Source of the DNA: Gaiellales bacterium
Lineage (GTDB): Bacteria; Actinomycetota; Thermoleophilia; Gaiellales; JAICJC01
DNA length: 64,000 nt
Direction of reading: 5' to 3'
NCBI GenBank assembly: GCA_035695105.1
Contig: DASSEV010000020.1
Span: forward strand, 73 to 64,072
This document shows, piece after piece, positions 24,836 through 33,115 of this stretch (its first letter is position 1; each line of letters opens with the position of its first letter). Under the pieces are notes generated by a model. It was not told where the DNA came from. It was given only the letters and a program-made list of their open reading frames with translations, and ran no database searches. The translations under genes and the position numbers were made by a program.

Positions 24836-26248
24836 TCAGTGAAGGAGCCCGTCCGGGCCGGCCATGGCGAGGGCGCGGATCACCTTCTGGCGCTCGGTGC
24901 GGTCGTGGCTGTCGAGGGTGGGGCCGTTCCGCGTCACGTAGTCGCCCGCGTACGTGACCAGCTTCGCGTGGGTGTCGTTGCTGACCCACGGGTGGCTGAC
25001 GGCGGCGAGCGCGCCCTTGACCGCCTGGTCGGGCGTCTGGGTGCCCGGATCCTTCACCGCCTGGTAGAGCAGGTAGTCCGTCGTCTGCCAGTAGGCGTGG
25101 GCGGTGTTCGTGTTGAGGAACGCCGGCCCCTGCTTCCAGCCCGAGACGTTCGGCGGGTAGAACGGCACCTGGCCCATGTTGTCGAGCAGCCAGCTCCAGT
25201 CGTTCGTGGTGATGTAGCGGCCGGTCATGCGCAGGCCGGCGGCGACGTAGACGATCGGCGGCTTGACCAGGTCGGGTGCGTCCAGCGTCGCGTAGAAGTC
25301 GGGGTGTCGCAGGATCACGCGCAGCACCGGCACCAGCTCGTGCCCCGACGCTCGGTAGTTGTCGACCATCTCGCGCATCGCGCCCGGCGGCGGCGGCGTC
25401 GGCACGAAGTAGCTCCAGAGCGAGTAGGCCAGGTAGGGCGCGTGGTTGGGGTGCGCGATGATCAGCCGGCAGACGTCCGACCAGCTCCACGTGCCGGTGT
25501 GGCCGAAGATCGTCTTCGTCCCGCCGTCGTGGTAGGACGGGTCGTAGAAGGTCGGGTTCTCCCGCTGCGCGAGCGTGCCGTTCGCCGCCTTGTTCCAGTC
25601 GTACCGCCAGCCGGTGAGCGCGCGCGCGGCCTCGTGGATGTCGGTCTGGGTGTACATCGCCGCGTTCGTCCACATGCCGAAGGTGAGCGACTCGAGGTTG
25701 GGGTCGTTGCCCAGGCAGAACAGCTCCATGACCTCGCGCGCGTAGTTCTCGTTGGGCTCCCACTTGTCCGACTCGGCGCCGTTCAGCCACAACAGCATGG
25801 CCGGGTCGATCGTGATCTCCGACAGCAGGTCGGCGAAGTTGCCGACGGCGTGCTTCCGCAGCAGGCGGTTCTGCCGGAGCATGTGGCGGGTGTTGCCGAC
25901 GCCGTCGTTCGACGTGGCGAACAGATCGTGCAGGTTCAGCGTCATCCGCTCGACGAGCTGGTTGCGGCTGCGCACCATGCGGTCGAGCCACCACAGGCAG
26001 TCGTGGCCCCAGTGGTTGATCGGGTCGAGCTTCTGGCCGCCGTCGGTCGGAGCCGGGCCGACCAGCACACTGGCCGTGTACGGCGTCAGCAGGCGGTCGA
26101 CGGCGTGGCCGAGGCCCATGTTCACGTAGTGGGTGACCTGGTCGGTGCTGCCCGAGTAGCCCGCACGCCACAGCAGGCGCTGGAAGTGCGCCCGCGTCGG
26201 ATTCGACGGCAACTTCGGATAGCTGTACGCCACGGATGACCCCCGCAT
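24836..26248 (-). CDS. DUF1800 family protein
   Basis: Motifs NLHDLFATS and NENYAREVMELFCLG are typical of DUF1800. Start is either ATG 26248 or GTG 26308; neither has a clear RBS. Confidence 0.8.
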   Translation of the reverse strand: MRGSSVAYSYPKLPSNPTRAHFQRLLWRAGYSGSTDQVTHYVNMGLGHAVDRLLTPYTASVLVGPAPTDGGQKLDPINHWGHDCLWWLDRMVRSRNQLVERMTLNLHDLFATSNDGVGNTRHMLRQNRLLRKHAVGNFADLLSEITIDPAMLLWLNGAESDKWEPNENYAREVMELFCLGNDPNLESLTFGMWTNAAMYTQTDIHEAARALTGWRYDWNKAANGTLAQRENPTFYDPSYHDGGTKTIFGHTGTWSWSDVCRLIIAHPNHAPYLAYSLWSYFVPTPPPPGAMREMVDNYRASGHELVPVLRVILRHPDFYATLDAPDLVKPPIVYVAAGLRMTGRYITTNDWSWLLDNMGQVPFYPPNVSGWKQGPAFLNTNTAHAYWQTTDYLLYQAVKDPGTQTPDQAVKGALAAVSHPWVSNDTHAKLVTYAGDYVTRNGPTLDSHDRTERQKVIRALAMAGPDGLLH

Positions 26249-26332
26249 TCGAGAACGAGCAGACCCAGAGCAGGTATCGGCATCGACCCCGCGCCCGCGC
26301 CCCCGCACACGGGTGATTCGGGCAGGCCGCGC

Positions 26333-27250
26333 CTACGGCGTGTTGACAAGCCCGCTGGTGTCGACGACCTCGAGGTCGCGGCCCGTGATGCGGTTCAGCG
26401 TGCGCAGGTCGTCGTCGTTGAAGTTCGGGTTCGACGTGCCCGACACGTACCAGGCGGATCCGTTGTCCGCCAGGATCATCCCGTAGTGCTGCAGCGCCAC
26501 GGCGATCACGCGCGCCTGCGGCGAGAGCTGCGACAGGTCGAACGACGCCTTCAGCCGCACTCGCAGCCCCATCGGCGGCAGGGAGCTCGACGTGCCGGAG
26601 CCTGCGTCGTGCCGGGCCGGGTAGATGTGCGCGTCGCGCGTGCGCGGTGCCGTGAAGCGGAGCGCGTGGTCGATCACCCCGGACGCCACCTCGGAGTAGC
26701 GCACCAGGCCGGGGAGGATCGGCAGCCCGGCCGCGTCGGCGCTCGTCCAGCCGTCGGGCCGAAGCGCGTTCGATTCCATGTCCCAGATCGCACCGGAGCC
26801 CGCCCGCCATCCGGTCGACGTATGCCGGACGTTCCACATCTCATACAGCGTGCAGTGGTCGCGGTCGACGATCAGCATGTGGTGGTCGCTGCCCGCCTCG
26901 ATGTGCGGGTGCCTGGGGATCGGGTACGGGCCCCTGTCGGATTCGGAGGAATAGTCGAAGCGCACCCGCACCTTGGTCTGCGTGCCCGCGACGGTGTTGT
27001 ACGGGATGCCGTAGCCCTTGAAGCTGCCGAAGTCTGGGTGCAGGCCGGTGTCGAGCCCGATCGTCTTGATCAGCGTCGCCGAGTCGCCCGCGACCGGGAG
27101 CGCCGAGATGTCCTCGTTCCAGACGTTGCCGGCCGGGAATACGGGGCAGTTCGGTGCAGCGCGAAGCGGCGCCGCCATCGGCGTCCCGGCGCCGGCCGAG
27201 AGCCCGGCGACGATCACCGCGAGCGCCGCGCCGATCCGTCGGATCCCCAT
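26333..27250 (-). CDS. Secreted conserved hypothetical protein
   Basis: Track ORF 26333..27328 trimmed to ATG 27250, giving the signal peptide MGIRRIGAALAVIVAGLSAGAGTPMAAPLRA. Globular and Trp/His/Asp-rich. No family recognised. Confidence 0.6.
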   Translation of the reverse strand: MGIRRIGAALAVIVAGLSAGAGTPMAAPLRAAPNCPVFPAGNVWNEDISALPVAGDSATLIKTIGLDTGLHPDFGSFKGYGIPYNTVAGTQTKVRVRFDYSSESDRGPYPIPRHPHIEAGSDHHMLIVDRDHCTLYEMWNVRHTSTGWRAGSGAIWDMESNALRPDGWTSADAAGLPILPGLVRYSEVASGVIDHALRFTAPRTRDAHIYPARHDAGSGTSSSLPPMGLRVRLKASFDLSQLSPQARVIAVALQHYGMILADNGSAWYVSGTSNPNFNDDDLRTLNRITGRDLEVVDTSGLVNTP

Positions 27251-27320
27251 CCTGCACCGTTCATCGGCTCGGTGCCCGGCGAGCGCGACACCCGTCGGGG
27301 TTACCACATACCATCTGCGC

Positions 27321-27650
27321 ATGGCCATGTACGACGCCCCTGCGATCCCGACCCGGCGGCCGGTGCCTCATCTCGAGCCGCCGCACCTGCAGCCGGGTGA
27401 CCACGTCCGCATCCGCGGCGTGCCGGGAGATCTGCCCGCGCACGCCCAGCTCGAAGGGGCCTTCGGCCGCGTGGCCCGGATCCACGGCGCCAGCGTCGTG
27501 CTCGAGATGGACGAGCCGTACACCGCCGGCGGGCTCGCGCACCGCCAGTACTTCGCCTCGCCCTACCAGCTGGTGAAGGTCGAGAGCGTCGGCCGCATGG
27601 GCGCGCGGGAGCTCTACGACGACGAGCCGGAGGACGACTCCGCCGCCTGA
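27321..27650 (+). CDS. Hypothetical protein (109 aa) with an acidic C-terminal tail
   Basis: Track ORF 27018..27650 trimmed to ATG 27321. High GC3 throughout. Ends ELYDDEPEDDSAA. No recognisable motif. Confidence 0.5.
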   Translation: MAMYDAPAIPTRRPVPHLEPPHLQPGDHVRIRGVPGDLPAHAQLEGAFGRVARIHGASVVLEMDEPYTAGGLAHRQYFASPYQLVKVESVGRMGARELYDDEPEDDSAA

Positions 27651-27685
27651 TTGCGCCGCCGCCGGGGCGCCCGTACCCTCGAACG

Positions 27686-27769
27686 GTGAGCAGCTACTGG
27701 CAGAATGCGCTCGTGCTGGCGGTGACGTTCGGCATCGTCTGGCACCTCAGCTGGCATGGCACGGGGTAG
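27686..27769 (+). CDS. Candidate 27-aa hydrophobic micro-protein
   Basis: GTG 27686 to TAG 27767-27769: (M)SSYWQNALVLAVTFGIVWHLSWHGTG. 24 of 26 third positions after the start codon are G/C by hand count. No obvious RBS. Below the size cut-off of the supplied ORF track. Confidence 0.2.
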   Translation: MSSYWQNALVLAVTFGIVWHLSWHGTG

Positions 27770-27773
27770 GTGC

Positions 27774-29069
27774 TCAGACCGTGCCGGTGTCCGCCTCGTC
27801 CGCGAAGCGCAGCGCGACCAGGTAGGCGTCGCGCAGCATCAGATCCGCCTGCGGTGAGGGCGCCAGGCACTCGAAGTGCCCGCGCTCGTAGGTCAGCACC
27901 CAGGACAGCACCTCGCCCAGCGGGCCGCTCTGGTCGAGCAGCGCGGCGGATACCTCGGGCGACAGCGGCAGCTCGCTGAGCACGTCCTGCATCCGCATGT
28001 TCATGAAGGCGTCGACGACGGAGAACAGCCCGACCGTGAAGTGGGCGTCGGGGTTCGGCCGGTCGAGCGCCTGGGCGACCAGCTCGCACATCTTCGCGCG
28101 CGTCATGGCGGTGCGGATCAGCTCGCTCGGCTGGTCGTCGATGCCCGCAAGCGTCATCAGCAGCGCCCAGCTGCGCACGTTGCGCACTCCCAGCAGCATC
28201 AGCGCCTCCCGCACCGAGCTGACCTTGCGCGGCAGCGAGAAGTACGCGGAGTTGATCCACCGCAGCAGCCGGAAGCTGACGCCCAGGTCGTTGCTGATGG
28301 CCCGGTCGAGGTCCTCGAGCTCGCAGTCGGGATCCTGCAGGACGGCCATCAGCTTCATCTGCGTGAGCCGGTTCGACGGGATGCCGCGCCCGGCGACGGT
28401 CTTCGGCTGGCAGAAGAAGTAGCCCTGGAAGTACTCGAATCCGGACTGCTTGCAGAACTCGAACGTGTGGTGATCCTCGATCTTGGCGGCGATCAGCTTG
28501 ACCTTGTGCGGCTCGAGGTCCGCCACCTGCTCGGCCAGCTGGTCGCGGGTGAACGCCTGCACGTCGAGCTTCACGAAGTGGGCGACCTCGAGCAGCGGCA
28601 GGCTGTCCTCCCGCATCACGAAGTCGTCGAGGGCGATCGAGTAGCCGAGGCCGGACAGGCGGCGCAGCTCCTCGAGCACCTCCGGGTCGAGCGCGTCGCT
28701 GCGGTGCAGCTCGAGCGCGACCCGGCCGGCCGGGAGCAGCGTCACGAACCCGCGCATGATGAAGTCGCGCGTGGCGTTGACGAAGCCGCAGCGGCCGCCG
28801 ACCAGCGAGTCGAGCCCGATATCCGCGAACGTGGTGACGACGGTGCTGGCCGTCGCCGACTCGTCGTCGACGACGTCGGCGTGGTCGACGTCGCCTGCGC
28901 GGAAGAGGAGCTCGTACGCGTACACGTCGAGCAGCCGGTCGTAGATCGGCTGGCGTGCGACGAAGCTGGGCGACGACTCGCCCGATCCCGCGCTCGCGAT
29001 CGCGCGCGACAACGACGGCGGCGGCCACGACTCCAGGCGCCGCGCCTCCGACCAAGCCCGTTCGATCAT
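27774..29069 (-). CDS. EAL + HDOD domain c-di-GMP signalling protein (COG3434/YuxH-like)
   Basis: GGGGAGG RBS upstream of ATG 29069. N-terminal EAL-type domain (QPIYD..., YELLFR, KLD, FQGYFF). C-terminal HDOD-like region (LLRWINSAYF..., ALMLLGVRNVRSWALL). Confidence 0.85.
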   Translation of the reverse strand: MIERAWSEARRLESWPPPSLSRAIASAGSGESSPSFVARQPIYDRLLDVYAYELLFRAGDVDHADVVDDESATASTVVTTFADIGLDSLVGGRCGFVNATRDFIMRGFVTLLPAGRVALELHRSDALDPEVLEELRRLSGLGYSIALDDFVMREDSLPLLEVAHFVKLDVQAFTRDQLAEQVADLEPHKVKLIAAKIEDHHTFEFCKQSGFEYFQGYFFCQPKTVAGRGIPSNRLTQMKLMAVLQDPDCELEDLDRAISNDLGVSFRLLRWINSAYFSLPRKVSSVREALMLLGVRNVRSWALLMTLAGIDDQPSELIRTAMTRAKMCELVAQALDRPNPDAHFTVGLFSVVDAFMNMRMQDVLSELPLSPEVSAALLDQSGPLGEVLSWVLTYERGHFECLAPSPQADLMLRDAYLVALRFADEADTGTV

Positions 29070-29199
29070 CCCGCCTCCCCCGTTCGACTCACAGTGGTGT
29101 GATCGACACGCGGGCCGAGAGGTTGATCACCCGGTTGGCGGGACTGTGACGGAATTGCGGTACGGCCAACCGGTGGCCGGGCGGCGGCGTCCGAGCGGC

Positions 29200-29607
29200 A
29201 TGGACTACGAGCGTGACCTCGACTTCTGGCTCGGGACGTGGGACTGCTCCTGGGAGGGCGGCGGCGGCCGCAACGTCGTCGACCGGATCTGCGAGGGGCG
29301 CGTGGTGCGAGAGCGGTTCGATGCGGCGGCGCACGGCCTGGTCGGCACCAGCATCTCGGTATACGACGCGTCGGCGAGGCGGTGGGTGCAGACCTGGATG
29401 GACAGCGACGGCTCCTGGTTCCACCTCACGGGCGGGATGCGAGACGGCGCGATGGAGCTCCTGACGGCCGCTCCGGACGCCGGCGGCCACCGCAAGCGCA
29501 TGCGCTTCTCGGACATCACGGCGGACTCGTTCCGCTGGACATGGGCCCGGTCGCGCGACGGCCGCGACTGGGAGACGCTGTGGGCGATCGCGTACGAACG
29601 GGCGTAG
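29200..29607 (+). CDS. Hypothetical protein, DUF1579/lipocalin-like beta-barrel (tentative)
   Basis: Track ORF 29146..29607. ATG 29200 is preferred (MDYERDLDFWLGTWDCSW...), with GTG 29146 as an alternative. The FWLGTW ... WVQTWMDSDG pattern resembles DUF1579-type proteins. Confidence 0.5.
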   Translation: MDYERDLDFWLGTWDCSWEGGGGRNVVDRICEGRVVRERFDAAAHGLVGTSISVYDASARRWVQTWMDSDGSWFHLTGGMRDGAMELLTAAPDAGGHRKRMRFSDITADSFRWTWARSRDGRDWETLWAIAYERA

Positions 29608-30474
29608 CTACCAGCGGCACGCCCAGCCGGGTGCCTCAATGGGCTCCGGCTCCCTGCCGGTCAGGTCGTGGCGCCAGACCGGCTCCCACCCGTCGCGGAT
29701 CCTGTTTCGCACTTCCAGTGCACCCTCGCGGGTGGCCACGATCAGCCGTCCTGAGACGTCCCAGTCCGCCCAGGTGACGCCCTCGGCCGGTTGCCGCCGG
29801 CTGTCGTCCCGGATCAGGTACCGCACCACCGCTCCTTCGACCCAGCCTCCGCGGAGGTCGTGGCCGCAGTGGACGAGCTCGAGCGCGGCGCCACCGCCGG
29901 GCTGGTCGCGTTCGAGAACGATCTGCGGATCGGGCGGCGGTGCCAGCGCTGCCACTGCGGCCGCGCATGTCGCATCGTCGGCCACGCGCCAGCCGCGACG
30001 CAGTTCGTGTGCGAGGTCGGCGGTCGCCCAGACGTTCTTCCCACGGGACGGAAGCGGCGTCAGCGCGCCGAGCCGTCCCGGATAGACGCCGTAATCAGGC
30101 GGTGTTCCCGGCGTCAACCCGAGGGCGAGCGTCCCGTCCTCGTGGAACTGGCATGCCGCCGCGTAGGTTGATCCGATACGCCACGCAGACAGGGCGGAGA
30201 GCCAGGGCAGCCTGGAGACGGCGAAGTAGCTGTCCCACGGAGGCGGCCGTGACGCGAGGACGAACGCGCAGAGCAGCCTGCCGTCCGGTGACACGTCACA
30301 GCGCCGTGGATAGATCTTCGCGCGGATCCACGCGCCGGGCTCGACCAGCCCGGCTTCGATGTCCCAGCGCAACACCTGAAACCAGTCGCTCGGCCCGCGC
30401 GCGAACACGGCCGCGCACGCGGCGGATCGGGCAGGGATCACGTGCAACCGGGGAGGCGGCGTTTGCACAGTCAC
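29608..30474 (-). CDS. Hypothetical protein (288 aa)
   Basis: GTG start at 30474. The stop abuts the stop of the convergent gene with zero gap. High GC3. No family recognised. Confidence 0.5.
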   Translation of the reverse strand: MTVQTPPPRLHVIPARSAACAAVFARGPSDWFQVLRWDIEAGLVEPGAWIRAKIYPRRCDVSPDGRLLCAFVLASRPPPWDSYFAVSRLPWLSALSAWRIGSTYAAACQFHEDGTLALGLTPGTPPDYGVYPGRLGALTPLPSRGKNVWATADLAHELRRGWRVADDATCAAAVAALAPPPDPQIVLERDQPGGGAALELVHCGHDLRGGWVEGAVVRYLIRDDSRRQPAEGVTWADWDVSGRLIVATREGALEVRNRIRDGWEPVWRHDLTGREPEPIEAPGWACRW

Positions 30475-30481
30475 GTCTTCG

Positions 30482-31951
30482 GTGCATATGCCCTACAGCA
30501 TGGTTTCCCTTCCAGCTGGAATCGACCGGCTCGACGACGAGATCGGCATGCGGGTCGCAAGCGCGGTCTGCTCGCACCATTCGCGCCGGCTCAAGCATCT
30601 CGGTAAGCGCGCGCTCGACGCGCCCCCCGGCGGTTGGGCGGAGGACGCGTTTCCTCCGACCTCCGGAAACCGGCTGGACGTGCTGGTCGACGGCGAGCAG
30701 ATGTTCGGCACGCTGCTCGAGGAGCTCGCCGCTGCGCGGAGCCACGTGCACATGACCGGCTGGTACATGTCGCCCGAGTTCGTGCTGCGGCACGGCGATC
30801 CGCCTGTGGTGCTGCGCAACCTGCTCGCCGACCTTGCGGGGCGGGTCGACCTGCGCATCCTGCTCTGGGCGGGATCGCCGGCACCGGTGTTCACGCCGTC
30901 GCGACGGGACACGGCGCGCGTCGCCGAGGAGTTGCGCGCGGCGTCCGACGGGGTGCACGTCGTCCTCGACAGCCACGAGCGGCCGATGCACTGTCACCAC
31001 GAGAAGACGGTCGTGATCGACGACCGGGTCGCCTTCGTCGGCGGGATCGACCTGACCGCGCTCTCCGGAGACCGGCTGGACACGCCGGCCCATCCGGCCC
31101 GGGCGGCGCTCGGCTGGCACGACGTCGCCACCCGGATCGAGGGGCCGGCCGTCGCGGACGTGGCGCGGCACTTCCGGGGGAGGTGGATCGCGGTGACGGG
31201 GGAGCCGCTGCCCGAGCCGCAGATGCCCCCGCCGGCCGGCGACGTGGAGCTGCAGGTGGTGCGCACGCTGCCCGAGCGGATGTATCCGGGGGAGGACCGC
31301 GGGCAGTTCGGCATCCTCGAGTCCTACGTCCGCGCGATCCAGGCGGCCGAGCGGTTCATCTACATCGAGAGCCAGTACCTGTGGTCGCCCGAGATCGCCT
31401 CCGTGCTGGCCGAGAAGCTCGCGAACCCGCCCGACCCGCGGTTCCGGGTCGTCGCCGTGCTGCCGGCGAAGCCGAAGGGCGGAGGCGACGACACGCGTGG
31501 CGTGCTCGGCGAGCTGATGGCGGCCGACGGCGGCGCCGGACGGCTGCTTGCGACGACGCTTGCCGCCCGCGCGGGCAACGCCCACGATCCGATCTACGTG
31601 CACGCGAAGGTCTGCATCATCGACGACGCCTGGATGACGGTCGGGTCGGCCAACCTGAACGACCACTCGCTGTTCAACGACACGGAGATGAACGTGGTCA
31701 CCCACGATCCACGGGCCGCGCGGGACACGCGGCTGCGGCTCTGGTCGGAGCATCTCGAGCACCCGGCCGAGGAGCTCTCCGGCGATCCGTGCGAGGTGGT
31801 CGATCGCATCTGGCGGCCGATCGCCGAGGAGCAGCGCGAGCGGCTGGAGGAGGGGCGGCCGCTGACCCACCGCCTGATCCGCCTGCCGCACGTCTCGCGG
31901 CGCACAGCCCGTCTGCTCGGCCCGCTGCAGGGCCTGCTCGTCGACGGCTGA
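30482..31951 (+). CDS. Phospholipase D family protein with two HKD motifs
   Basis: HKD-1 is HCHHEKTVVIDDRVAFVGGIDL. HKD-2 is YVHAKVCIIDDAWMTVGSANLNDHS. The start is uncertain (GTG 30482, ATG 30488/30500/30548). Confidence 0.85.
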   Translation: MHMPYSMVSLPAGIDRLDDEIGMRVASAVCSHHSRRLKHLGKRALDAPPGGWAEDAFPPTSGNRLDVLVDGEQMFGTLLEELAAARSHVHMTGWYMSPEFVLRHGDPPVVLRNLLADLAGRVDLRILLWAGSPAPVFTPSRRDTARVAEELRAASDGVHVVLDSHERPMHCHHEKTVVIDDRVAFVGGIDLTALSGDRLDTPAHPARAALGWHDVATRIEGPAVADVARHFRGRWIAVTGEPLPEPQMPPPAGDVELQVVRTLPERMYPGEDRGQFGILESYVRAIQAAERFIYIESQYLWSPEIASVLAEKLANPPDPRFRVVAVLPAKPKGGGDDTRGVLGELMAADGGAGRLLATTLAARAGNAHDPIYVHAKVCIIDDAWMTVGSANLNDHSLFNDTEMNVVTHDPRAARDTRLRLWSEHLEHPAEELSGDPCEVVDRIWRPIAEEQRERLEEGRPLTHRLIRLPHVSRRTARLLGPLQGLLVDG

Positions 31952-32042
31952 CCGCACGATCGCCCGCCGAGACAACACCGTTCAGAACACCGAGGGGCTG
32001 AGCGGCGGTCGCTGCCATGACGCGGCGCTGCCGTGCTCGACC

Positions 32043-32339
32043 ATGCAGGCGCCGACGCTCTACCACTCGCCGGAGGCGGTGGCTGCGCAGCTGGCGTCCC
32101 TGCAGTCCGGCCAGTGGCTGACGCTGCAGGCCTACGTGCTGGTCACGGGCGCCCGCAGCGGGCTTTGGGACTGCACGTCCCCGAACTGGCAGGATCACTG
32201 GACGAGCGATGCCGAGCGGTACTGCTGGAGCGATTACCAGCGAGTGCTCACCGCGATCCGAAGCGATGAGGTCGTGACCGACCCGAAGAGCGTCGCCGTC
32301 GCCCGGGGCCGCACGGGGTACAGCCCTCCGCCGCCGTAG
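32043..32339 (+). CDS. Hypothetical small protein (98 aa)
   Basis: ATG start and high GC3. Trp/Cys-containing. No motif recognised. Confidence 0.4.
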   Translation: MQAPTLYHSPEAVAAQLASLQSGQWLTLQAYVLVTGARSGLWDCTSPNWQDHWTSDAERYCWSDYQRVLTAIRSDEVVTDPKSVAVARGRTGYSPPPP

Positions 32340-32398
32340 CGGCGCTCCGTCATCTCGCGGCGGTCTCACAGGAAACTCCCAGGATTGCGCCGTAGGCT

Positions 32399-33115
32399 GT
32401 GCCCATGTCTGCACTGTCCGAGCTGGGCGAGCCCGCCGCGCGCGTCCTGGTCGTCGACGACGAGGACAGCATCACGCAACTCGTCTCGACCGTCCTGCGG
32501 TACGAGGGGTTCGAGGTGCAGTGCGCCGCCGACGGCCGGTCGGCCGTCAGGCAGGCGCGCGCGTTCCGCCCCGATCTGGTCGTGCTCGACGTGATGCTCC
32601 CGGATTGGGATGGCTTCGAGGTGTACCGCCGGCTGTCCGCGGAGTCGCCGGTGCCGGTGCTGTTCCTGACCGCCCGGGATGCGCCGTCGGACCGCGTGCA
32701 TGGCCTCACCCTGGGGGCCGACGACTATGTGGGCAAGCCGTTCAGCCTCGAGGAGCTGGTCGCGCGCGTCCGGGCGGTGCTGCGGCGCACGCGCGGCGAG
32801 TCGTCCGGGGGGTCGCTCCGCTATGCCGACCTCGTCATGGACGACGAGGCGCACGAGGTGCGCCGCGGCGACCGCGTGATCGAGCTGACGCCGACGGAGT
32901 ACCACCTGCTCCGCTACCTGCTGACCAACGCCGGCCGCGTCGTCAGCAAGGCGCAGATCCTCGATCACGTCTGGCGCTACGACTTCAACGGCGACGCCAG
33001 CGTCGTCGAGACCTACATCAGCTACCTTCGCAAGAAGCTCGACCGGGCCGGCCAGCCGCCGCTGATCCAGACGGTGCGGGGCTTCGGATACGCCATCCGG
33101 CTGCCGCGGGAGTGA
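32399..33115 (+). CDS. OmpR/PhoB-family response regulator
   Basis: Receiver domain (VLVVDDE, DLVVLDVMLPDWDG, LTARD, KPF) plus a winged-helix domain (LTPTEYHLLRYLLTNAGRVVSKAQILDHVW, IQTVRGFGY). Confidence 0.9.
   Translation: MPMSALSELGEPAARVLVVDDEDSITQLVSTVLRYEGFEVQCAADGRSAVRQARAFRPDLVVLDVMLPDWDGFEVYRRLSAESPVPVLFLTARDAPSDRVHGLTLGADDYVGKPFSLEELVARVRAVLRRTRGESSGGSLRYADLVMDDEAHEVRRGDRVIELTPTEYHLLRYLLTNAGRVVSKAQILDHVWRYDFNGDASVVETYISYLRKKLDRAGQPPLIQTVRGFGYAIRLPRE

Noticed and set aside
23418-26837. 1139-aa ORF that would extend the DUF1501 protein upstream through the DUF1800 gene.
   Set aside because: Upstream of Met 24809 the frame is Arg/Pro/Gly-rich nonsense. It overlaps the separately framed DUF1800 gene, which has its own family motifs. 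The DUF1501 N-terminus (CGC...RRDFL Tat signal) begins at 24809.
30482-31951. PLD-family protein as a possible defence-system nuclease.
   Set aside because: It has two HKD motifs in one ~490-aa chain with GG.N spacing, typical of phospholipase D / cardiolipin-synthase-like lipid enzymes. No helicase, methylase, ATPase or other defence-type partner is adjacent.
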